Source: Eledone cirrhosa (lineage: Eukaryota). Taken from it: a stretch of DNA of 64,000 bases. Of this stretch, positions 54,821-64,000 are shown piece after piece (the first letter of the stretch is position 1; each line of letters opens with the position of its first letter). A program made the translations under genes and the position numbers. Location: NCBI GenBank assembly GCA_964016885.1, contig OZ024740.1, forward strand, positions 32,364,001-32,428,000, given 5' to 3'. Under the pieces are notes generated by a model that had not been told where the DNA came from, did no database searches, and worked only from the letters and a program-made list of their open reading frames with translations.

Positions 54821-54894
54821 GAAGAGCAAGACAAAGTGAGGGGAAACTACAGGGAAACAGACAGTGATTCAAATTCATCGATATCTTCAAAACC
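54821..54894 (+). CDS. KDM6A: KDM6/UTX exon (EEQDKVRGNYRETDSDSNSSISSK-P)
   Basis: TTTCTAG acceptor, GTAAGT donor. Phases 0/2 fit both neighbours. Corresponds to the UTX EENEK...SDSES linker. Confidence 0.88.
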
Positions 54895-55305
54895 GTAAGT
54901 GAAATTTCTATTATCTTTTGTAATGATTTTTATAAACTTTTAAAAATCCCCTTACTAGTTTGCAAATAGATAGTTAGAATGACTAAATTTACAACAAATA
55001 TCAACTTGCGATGGAAAAGAATTAAATTTTTAAAATTAAATTCATGAAATCTTTTTGTTTACTTACATGTTAAATGTTTTAAACATACAAATAATTAAAA
55101 TTGTCACCTTTAGTCAATGTATACATCGTTTTTCATTAGAGAATTAAGATTCATAGTTGCCTATTTCTATTTCTCTTCTACTTATTTTGATACCTTTTAT
55201 GTAAATTTAAAGGAAATTATAGATATGCAGTTAAATGAATTAATGTATTTAAAAATTTTGAAATTTCACTTATTGTTTGAAAAAATTTGCTATTTACATT
55301 GACAG

Positions 55306-55408
55306 AAAAGTGAAACTCATAAAATTTGGTACAAATGTTGACTTATCTGATGAAAAAAAGTGGCGGCAACAGTTACATGAACTTACAAAGTTACCTGTAT
55401 TTACTAGG
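55306..55408 (+). CDS. KDM6A: KDM6/UTX exon ([34 protein letters not shown])
   Basis: CAG acceptor, GTATGT donor. [22 protein letters not shown] is conserved in KDM6. Confidence 0.94.
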
Positions 55409-55633
55409 GTATGTAGTTGTAGACTTTTTATGCTTCATTTATATACATGCATGTGAACAAGACACACTCATGCAAATTTTACAACTTGGTAGCAAAATAC
55501 CATTATAAAATCTGAAATGCTTGGCAAGACATCAGAGAAGCAAGACTTCTGCTGTAATAAATACACTGGAATATTTAACATCATGGAACAAAATCAAAAT
55601 GTTTCACTAAATATAGTTGATAGTTTTTATCCT

Positions 55634-55969
55634 GGAGGCACATGGCTTAGTGGTTAGAGCATTGGCCTTGCAATCGAAAGGTTGTGAGTTCAATTCTCAG
55701 ACTGGGTGATGTGTTGTTTCCTTGAGCAAGACACTTTATTTCACATTGCTCCAGTTTACTCAGCTGTAGAAATGAGATGATAGGGACTGGGGTCCATATC
55801 ATTCCACTGCAAAGTGGTCGTGGAGGTGCCACGGCAAAAAAGCACCCAGCACTCACTGTAAATGAGGTTGGTGTTAGGAAGGGCATCCAGCTGTAGAAAT
55901 CAAGCCAAAATCAGTTCCCGTCCCACCCTTGCAAGCAGGGAAAAAGCGGACGTAAAATGAAATGATGAT
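55634..55969 (+). mobile_element. tRNA-derived SINE with CORE-like body and RTE-derived 3' portion
   Basis: A-box TGGCTTAGTGG, B-box-like GAGTTCAATTC, body CCTTGAGCAAGACACTT...CACATTGCTCCAG. 55917-55960 equals LINE 48098-48140 apart from one extra A. Confidence 0.88.
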
Positions 55970-56624
55970 AATATTGTGCCAGCAAGTGTATGTAGTGAAA
56001 GCAGCGTGGCTTGTGTAATGAAGTAACATAGAATAAAATTATATAATTGTTGTCTCTTCATGTGAAGGTAAATTGTATGATGTGATGTGACATGATATAG
56101 TAACAACATATAAACACTGAATGTAAAAGTTCTGTAGAATTTGATGAATATTACAGCAAGCAAAATCCATTGGAAATCTCCCGCAACTCGGTGAATATCT
56201 TTCTGTATCAAATGATATCTCTTTATGTCTCTCAACAAGCTTTTGGAAAACACTAACTTATTCCTGTGTATATATATGACTTGTGAAACATTTTTTTCTT
56301 AAATATTCACATGCTTTGATGTATCAGTAAAAGCATTAGAAGTAGATCTAAAAGTACTTAAACATTTCATTATCATCATAATCTAGACATGTCAGATGAC
56401 TATGCCTTCATATATGCGTTTTTGGCATGATTTCTACAGCTGGATACTCCTAACACCTGCCAGTGTACTGGGTGTGTTTTATTGTGACATCAGTACCAGA
56501 GAAGATGTCATATGATTATCTTCACGTTGAAGAGACCTCTCAGATCCTATATTGTCTCTGTTCAATTGCCAGACACTTTAGCCTCCAATTTCTCACCACT
56601 TTTGTGATTTTGTTTTAAATTTAG

Positions 56625-56724
56625 GTTGTGTCTGCAGCTAATCTGTTGAGTCATGTTGGACACATTATCCTAGGTATGAATACTGTACAACTTTACATGA
56701 AAGTACCAGGTTCTCGGACTCCAG
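56625..56724 (+). CDS. KDM6A: KDM6/UTX JmjC exon ([34 protein letters not shown])
   Basis: AG/GT boundaries; near-identical to the UTX JmjC start. Confidence 0.97.
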
Positions 56725-57272
56725 GTAAATTTTATAATTATTCTTATATTGAAATTTTTCACCAATGTTTTAGCAATAACATGGCTTGGATTCTTAACAG
56801 GTAGAGTGAAAAAGTATTTAGAATAGAATTTATTTTCTAACTTTTCAATTTTAATAGAAGTTTGAGGATATTTTAAAACCTTTTATAAGATGTGTTCTTG
56901 ATATTTTAATATTTTTTGCTGCTAAGTCAATTGTATTTAATTATGTATTATCTATGTTTTTAAGAACAAAATCTTTTGTGGTATTTACCAATATCCTATG
57001 TTTTGAGTTCAAATTAAATAAATACCAATTCAATAATGAAGTTTATTACATTGATTTCTACTCCATTGACTACTTCCGAATTTGTGAATTTGTGCCAGTA
57101 CTTACAAATTTTGATCCTTTAAATTTGATTTTATTGATTAGTGAATGGAGAGAGAGAATTTTCTAAGTAGTGAGATATCTGTGGGGAACAAATTCCCCAA
57201 CTAATACATCAGGAATTTTTAAATCCAAGAGATAAGAGACACTTGTAGATCAAAGTTTGAAAACTTAGAGGC

Positions 57273-57469
57273 CATCATCATTTAATGTATGTTTTCCCTG
57301 CTGGCAAGGGTTGGATAGGTTGTTATAGATTGATCAGTACTCAGTTGGAGCCACTGGCTACTCAAATTGGCGTGGTGGGTGCAATTCGCTTACGCCCATC
57401 TCCACACTGCATTTTGCTTACATAGATTCTCTTACTTTATTGAGTGCATTTTAATGTGGCACCAACACT
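57273..57469 (-). mobile_element. Decayed RTE-derived non-autonomous element
   Basis: CATCATCATTTAATGTATGTTTTCCCTGCTGGCAAGGGTTGGA tail and GAGTGCATTTTAATGTGGCACCAACACT 5'-UTR-like motif. Confidence 0.55.
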
Positions 57470-57687
57470 TGGGACTTGACTTATCATTGACACAGCTGAA
57501 GTGTCCTCCTGTATAAGTTACAGTCTTAAATAAGACTACCTATATAAGTTATAAACTTCAAGCAATAAAAGAAAATTCAGACTGATTTTCAAAATCAAGT
57601 ATTTGCATATAATTGAATTTTTGCAATTCATTGCTTGTTTGTTTTATTTTATTTTTATATTTTACTTAATATTTATTTATCTTTCAG

Positions 57688-57802
57688 GTCATCAAGAAAA
57701 TAATAACTTTTGTTCAGTTAACATAAATATTGGACCTGGTGATTGTGAATGGTTTGCTGTTCCAGATCAATATTGGGGGGTTATCAATTCTTTGTGTGAA
57801 AA
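57688..57802 (+). CDS. KDM6A: KDM6/UTX JmjC exon with Fe(II) ligands H-x-E ([39 protein letters not shown])
   Basis: TTTCAG acceptor, GTAAGT donor; catalytic HQE motif. Confidence 0.97.
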
Positions 57803-58198
57803 GTAAGTTGACACAGCTTTTGATATTTTTTAGAATCATTCAAATGAAGTTATAATTATTTTGTTATATTTGGGGAGGGTCATGTTATAATATTGCCAGA
57901 AATATATAATAAAACACACTCACTGTTTGCTTTGGGTTGGTTTTCTCTTCAGTATATTTTATATTTTTATAATTAATTTAGCTGGTAATCAATGTTTATC
58001 ATTGATTAACCAACAGTTAAAAATATATAAATATAGTCTCTCGGAGTTCTTTCATCACATACCTGTGACATCATCAATGATGCTATTATGTTTCCTCCCG
58101 TTGCATTGCTGTAATGTTTTCTTATTCTATAATTATTTTAATATTCCGCAATCAATGTTGTTGTACATGATATAATGAATGTGTACATATTAATATGT

Positions 58199-58476
58199 GG
58201 AGGCATGTAGCCGAGTGGTTAGGGTGTTGGATTTGCGATCACAATGTTGTAGGTTCAATTTCTGAGTTGTGTTGTGTTCTTGAGCAAAACACTTCATTTC
58301 ACATTGCTCCAGTATACTTAGCTGAAAATGAATACCAGCAATAGTTAGGGGTTTAACCCTGCAATGGACTGGAGTCCTGTCCAGGTGGGGAATCTTGTAC
58401 TCTGTCGCTTCATGCCATGAAACTGGGATAAGCACCGGCCAAATGAGCCGTCTGGCTTAAGACAGACTTTAGACTT
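58199..58476 (+). mobile_element. tRNA-derived SINE with CORE-like body and a non-RTE 3' part
   Basis: A-box TAGCCGAGTGG, B-box GGTTCAATTT. Body shared with the 55634 SINE, then CCTGCAATGGACTGGAGTCCTGTCCAGG...GTCGCTTCATGCC..GAAACTGGGATAAGC. Confidence 0.8.
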
Positions 58477-58671
58477 ATCAATATACCAGAAATTAATTTT
58501 TTTTAAAAGTAGTTATTAATCTGGTTATGATGTTTTAATGTTTATTCTTTAACCTTTTTGTGACCAAATTTCTAACGAAATACTGTTTCCATTAATTAAT
58601 GAAAAGTTTTGAGGGATTTGCTCAGATTATTTCATTACTAAGGCAGTAAAACAATTAAAAAATCTCTGATT

Positions 58672-58825
58672 AGGTTTGTGGTTGAGCCTATGGCAGTGGA
58701 GACTTCCGGCGTTCTTGGCCCCCAGACCACAGCCCTGCTCACTGCTATTGGTGCTGAGTTGGCTGCGAGGTGGAGTGGTTGTTCCAGCACATCTCCCTCC
58801 AGGGCAATGTCTTCTCCATCTGCAC
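58672..58825 (+). mobile_element. Relic of a CRE-like (restriction-like endonuclease) non-LTR element C-terminus
   Basis: GC-richer patch translating as RFVVEPMAVETSGVLGPQTTALLTAIG, then after a frameshift EVEWLFQHISLQGNVFSI. Confidence 0.5.
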
Positions 58826-59184
58826 TATGAAGTGGAAAACATTTTAGGGTAGGAAGTAGGGTAGCAGTCTTCAGATGAAAAGGTTTATATTCATTTTTTT
58901 TCTATCACATTATTTTTATTTCAAACCTTTTAAAAGGTCAAGATATAAACAAGTGTTTTGATATTCAGATAGTAACTTAACAGGTGATTGTTATATGAAA
59001 TTATGTTGGAAGGTTATAATTTAAATAGGAACCTTTTAAAATGGTGGTTTTGTTTCATAGACCCAGAGATAGTTTTTGGTTGAGTTGGTATCAAAAGCGT
59101 TATGGGTTGCTTTAGTTTAATGTAAATATAAAGGGTGTGTTTACACTACCACTTTTTGTTTATACTCTAACATTTTTCTTATAG

Positions 59185-59329
59185 AAATAATGTGAATTAT
59201 CTTTGGGGCTCTTGGTGGCCTGTTCTTGAAGAATTATATGAAGCCAATGTTCCTGTCTATCGTTTCATCCAAAAGCCTGGTGATCTTGTTTGGGTTAATG
59301 CTGGTACCGTTCACTGGGTTCAGGCCATT
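59185..59329 (+). CDS. KDM6A: KDM6/UTX JmjC exon with third Fe ligand ([49 protein letters not shown])
   Basis: TAG acceptor, GTAAGT donor; GTVHWVQA motif. Confidence 0.97.
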
Positions 59330-60719
59330 GTAAGTATCATTTACTTCACACATTCTTTTTCAGGAAGTATTCTCTGTATTGTTTAGAACCCTTTGTAACT
59401 AAAACACTTTTAGAAATGTACAGATGCTCCTAACTGATGCATTATGAAAGGGGTACATATAATTGTAATGTGAAGTGTTAATACAAGACACAAGTTGGAT
59501 AAGAGGAAGTTTAGATTTATATCATATACAACTGATACTATATTTTTAATTGTCCATTTTTAGAAACATTGAATGGATATGTACCACAGGTGACACTGTC
59601 ATCTCTTTTCATTCCAGGGGCTTTTATGCCCAGTTAGGTAGACTATTTTTCATAGGAAAAAAATGCGTGCATTGATATAACTCTAGGTTAATTTTCAATA
59701 AAGCTATATTTTTAGTGAGATAACTGCCAGGGAAGTTTTTTGCCAAGAACTGACAATTCTATTTTGTTCTTATGGACTTTAAGATGTTCCTTGGCACAGT
59801 TCTGTGAAATATAGTGCTGTAGGTAGGTAGAAATTAAAGTGATAAAGAAATGATTCAACTTTTCAGTGGTTTACTATTCAGTAGGAGATGATAACCAGAG
59901 CTCTTCTCTTGCCTTGTTTTGTTATTTATTACTCCAGAACACAATTCCAGGCAATTGTTATAAATAATCAAAACTAGCTACTAGGCCCAATAGGATATTG
60001 TCTTCTCTATCAACAGTATCGAGTTCAAATCCTGTTGGTGTCTAGTCATGATAAAAATGAATTGTCTGTTTCAAATTTGGAAATAATTATTTTTGGCATT
60101 TGACCATAGTCATTTGAGTCATTCCTTTCAAAAATATTTATGATATTTTACTGCAATTGTATGGACATGTAGTGTGGCTCTACCATTCAGTAGATGCAGT
60201 TAACAACGTGTAGTTTAGCAACTTATATTGTGGCTCTACCGTCCTGTAGATAAAAATAACATGTAGTTTAGCAACTTCTATTGTACTTCTACTATCAATA
60301 ATTACACAGAGTTAATATCTTTGGTGTAGTTTTGGCTATGCAAAAGAGAGGACTGTGATATGAGGTTTTGTGATGGGCCTCAATAATAGATATTGATATA
60401 GTTTACATAAAAGACACGAGCTAATCCTCATTAGTGGAAGAAGGTATTTTATTGGTATTTATAGTGTTCTTTTGTTGTTAACAGTGAAATCTGGACAGGT
60501 TGAAAAAGTGAACAAATGAACTATCATTTTTGTATATATTTTAATAAATAATTTTTGTTACTGTTCATACTTTTAAGTGTAAAAAATACTTAGTTTACCA
60601 TGATTTCAAATAAAATAATAATAATGAAAATTAATGTGTACAGTCAATGTACAATCAAGTGCACTACAACCATATAAGAACTACTTTGGTTATCAGTTTT
60701 TGTAAAACTTATTTTTTAG

Positions 60720-60904
60720 GGCTGGTGCAATAATATTGCCTGGAATGTTGGACCACTCAATGTGTTGCAATTTAAACTTGCATTGGACCGTTATGAATGG
60801 AATAAGTTGCAAGCTTACAAATCAATAGTTCCAATGGTTCATTTGGCATGGAATTTAGCACGAAATCTTCATATATCTGAACCGATGTTATTTGAAGTAA
60901 TCAA
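60720..60904 (+). CDS. KDM6A: KDM6/UTX exon ([62 protein letters not shown]); gene continues beyond the window
   Basis: TTTTTTAG acceptor, GTAAGT donor. [12 protein letters not shown] and RYEWNKL conserved. I saw no exon for the C-terminal zinc-binding domain before 64000. Confidence 0.97.
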
Positions 60905-61158
60905 GTAAGTTTATGTTGGAATAAATAGTAAATTCCTCTATTTCAGTTCACTACTCTACTATTTTTAAATATTACCCTACTCTTTTTTTCTTGCATGAAC
61001 ATCAAATTCCTATCATCATCATCATCACTGTTTAATGACCATTTTTCTACATAAGCATGGGTTAGACGAGTTGTCCTGTTATGAGACAAGTCACATGCAT
61101 ACACACACAAACATATGCAAACACACATACAAGTAATTATCTGCTGAGATAACCGCGA

Positions 61159-61405
61159 ATCATCATCATCATTGTTTAACATCCATATTCCACGCTTGCA
61201 TGGGTTTGGACGGGAGTTTTCCCACTTGAGGCAAGAGTGGTTGTCTTGCTCGCATAGGACTGTCTGGCGGGTTTTCTACGGCTGGATGTCCTTCCTAACA
61301 CCAACCACATTTACAGTGTGGAACTGGGAGGTTTTTACCGTGTTACCTACACGGCCACATTACAGCGTGGACTGTGTTTTTTTTTTGTCGTGACACCTAC
61401 ACGAC
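61159..61405 (-). mobile_element. RTE-derived non-autonomous element (a second tail lies at ~61012-61070)
   Basis: CATCATCATCATTGTTTAACATCCATATTCCACGCTTGCATGGGTTTGGACGG tail plus TTTCTACGGCTGGATGTCCTTCCTAACACCAACC (reverse complement of the RTE 5'-UTR motif). Confidence 0.75.
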
Positions 61406-61832
61406 CTCATTTATTTCGGCCTGGATGTTGTGGATATTTATAGATTTTCTACATTACATTTTATGGGTGTGTTATTTGTACCAACAGCACTACAGAGGTT
61501 GTCTTACTGGGCTCATGAGTCCTCGCCACCTTGTGTTAGTTTTTATTTAAAGGGTCTGCTTTCCTAGGCAGGTTGGCTTCACTATGATTTATGTGCAGCA
61601 ATCATTTTTAATCTGTTCTGTGGATCATAACCTTAATTTTCTCCTGTGGGGAGGGGATTGGCATTGTTGTAAGAGTGGGGAAGCAACAGGCTGGATGGTG
61701 GGACAGGGAAGGGGTGTAAGGGATGTAGAAGGGGGGAAGTGTGGTGGTGTGAGGAACAACAGGTGGGAAGAGCGGGAGCTTGCATGGTCATGTCACCCAA
61801 ATAGCGGGTCAACACATGGTGGAATAGAAGTG

Positions 61833-62088
61833 GAGACGCTATCGTGGAAAGTTAGAGCAAGCTAATTCGGCCATTAAACAAAATAATATGTAATAGGAAT
61901 AAATATGAACTGTAACATCGTGATGGTAACAATATGAAAGTATATAAATAATGAAAAAGGAACAATTTATCTGAATTGGAATCGCTATGTTAAATGTTGA
62001 AATAGAGAAGTTAAGCCAGGAGATGCTATTGCGGAAAGTTAAAGTGAGCTAATTCAGCTGTTAAACATAATAGTATGTATTAGGAATA
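61833..62088. repeat. Diverged ~70-bp direct repeat pair about 187 bp apart
   Basis: GAGACGCTATCGTGGAAAGTTAGAGCAAGCTAATTCGGCC...AGGAATA versus GAGATGCTATTGCGGAAAGTTAAAGTGAGCTAATTCAGCT...AGGAATA. Confidence 0.65.
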
Positions 62089-62101
62089 CATTGGTCTAGA
62101 G

Positions 62102-62391
62102 CAGCCATGGGCAACCTTTTTCAAGAAGCAGGCTGCATGAGATATGACTCATCATCAGGCGGGCCAAAACACTAATTTACATTCGTGCCCGCATTAAAAA
62201 AAAGGGCTGTAACTCGGGTTGTTTTGATTTGTTTCTTCAGAATTCGTACACGTTGTTTTCCTCAATTGTAAAAATGATAGAAAGATAAATTACGACTGAA
62301 AAGTTTGGGTAAAAAGATCAGTTAGATTTCACTTAGGTGACTTAGGCAAGCCATTCAGAAAGTTTTGTGGGTCGCAGGCTGCCCCTGACTG
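62102..62391. mobile_element. hAT (Charlie-like) non-autonomous DNA transposon/MITE
   Basis: Imperfect TIRs CAGCCATGGGCAACC / GGCTGCCCCTGACTG. 8-bp flanks GTCTAGAG and GTCTGGAA (6/8 match, NTCTAGAN-type target). Confidence 0.7.
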
Positions 62392-62699
62392 GTCTGGAAT
62401 ATACAGTTTTGATATTTTTTAGATAACAATTGATCATTTGCATATTTTCTGTGTGTAGGTTGCCTATTTTCTACAATTTCCTTCTACCACCCTGTATGAT
62501 GCATAAGCACATTGAATGGATTCTAATCAAATAAGCAGGTGTGCACTATCGGCTATGTTGTGCATTATCATGAATGCGAAACTAAACTTAAGAGCGCTCT
62601 GTTATCAACAGAGTTAAAATATTATTAATTGTTTACTCAACACAGTTGATCGTTACCTTAGGTTTCAAAACATACCCTTGTATTAGCCATGTTTTATTA

Positions 62700-64000
62700 T
62701 AGTTTGCTTAGGAATGCAAACCATAATAAAACTTTATGGCTAATACGGGAACATGTTTTAAAACATGTTAGTAAATGCAAACTCAGCCTATGTGCACCAT
62801 GAAAAATATGTGGAATGCTTTAAAACAAAAAAAATAAAAAATTGAACAATCTCATCTGTCAAATCATACAAGAATTTCATTGAAATCAGCACTGAGATAT
62901 GAAGGCAAAGCCTCCCACACCAAAAATCTAAGTCTATTAACAAACAAAAGAATGCATGGAAATTGATAAAGAAATTATCAGGCAAAAAGAACTCCAGTGT
63001 CATATTTATGGAGGGTGAGAAACATCTCAGTGCATGGAAAAATTATTTCAAAGCACTGCTGTATAACAACAGTATCATAAACAATGAATTCATGATCGGG
63101 TGTTTATACAGTGTCAGCACCAGTACTTCTGTTGAGGATTTCTTAGATGAAAAATAAGACGAAACCAAGCCTAGATGGACTTCCACTAGAATTCTGGAAA
63201 CTTAAAAAAGCTATAAACTATCTTACTGCACATCTGTAATCAGACCTTTAAAGGAAAATGACAAGAATGGGGTTTTTCCGTGACAGTACCTATTTCTAAG
63301 AAAGGGGATCTTAAGAAACCAGACAATTATTGTGGAATAAATCTACAAAAATATATAATTGCCTTATCTTGAACAGGCTTTGACCAGAAATCAAAAATAT
63401 CCTACGCCCAAACCAAAATGGATTTATATCATCTAGATCTACATCATCACAGATTATGGCCTTCCAACATCTAATTGAAGAAGTCAGAAATTATCAAAAA
63501 GAAGCCACATTAACATTTATAGACTTATGAAAAGCTTTTGATAGCATTAACCGTGAGTGTATGTCTGAAGTTCTACTTGCCTAGAGTATTACTCTCAAAC
63601 TTGTTAATGGAATCAAGACCATGTACATAAACAATCTCACTATAACACTGACAGCAGAAGAAGAAACTGACTTCTTTCAGGTAGTTGCAAGTGTACTTCA
63701 AGGCGATCTCCTCAAACCATATTTATTTATCATTGTATTTGAGTATGCTCTACGTGTTACTATTGATGCTTGATCAAAAGTGTAGAAGCATGAGACATCC
63801 ATCACAACACCTAGCAGATATGGAATTCACCGATGACATTGTCTTATGTGCACTAACTAATGCAGAGGATCTCTTACACAAGCTAGAAGTTTCTACTCAA
63901 GCTATGGGACTCTTCATAAATGTCAACAAAACCAAATACATGACCATCAACTCATATCAAGCAACAAACGTCAAATCATTAAGCAATACTGTTCTTGCAA
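62700..64000 (+). mobile_element. Heavily decayed RTE-like LINE RT, running off the window end
   Basis: Broken frames with DGLPLEFWK, PISKKGDLKKPDNY, LRPNQNGF, FIDL*KAFDSINR, VLQGDLLKPYLFIIV, FTDDIVL; many stops and frameshifts. Start approximate. Confidence 0.85.

Noticed and set aside
55634-55710. tRNA gene (also 58199-58270)
   Set aside because: A/B boxes are present but there is no convincing cloverleaf, and the sequence continues into a SINE body.

Overview
AT-rich eukaryotic (animal) genomic DNA; the SINE/RTE repeat content resembles what I recall of octopus/cephalopod genomes (inference, not verified). Positions 1-~42,988 are one head-to-tail array of a 43-bp satellite (consensus AAAGTTGTTTATTAGTGATATAATAGACATATGAAGACATAGT, with 41/45-bp variants) organised in nested higher-order repeats. 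The array carries 15 amplified copies of a 45-bp retroposon 3' tail and one single-copy, 5'-truncated L1/Tx1-type LINE with an 11-bp TSD. From 43,163 to 60,904, nine + strand exons splice in frame into the central/JmjC part of a KDM6/UTX H3K27 demethylase. The first visible exon is internal, so the >43-kb satellite most likely lies inside an intron of this gene. The other introns hold an intact 1022-aa RTE LINE (APE endonuclease, RT, PHD-type finger) inside a GC-AG intron, a decayed CR1 LINE, a decayed RTE-like LINE, tRNA-derived SINEs (one sharing the RTE 3' end and a 5'-UTR-like segment), a hAT-type MITE, and mini/microsatellites. The many short minus-strand ORFs over the satellite are translation artefacts.
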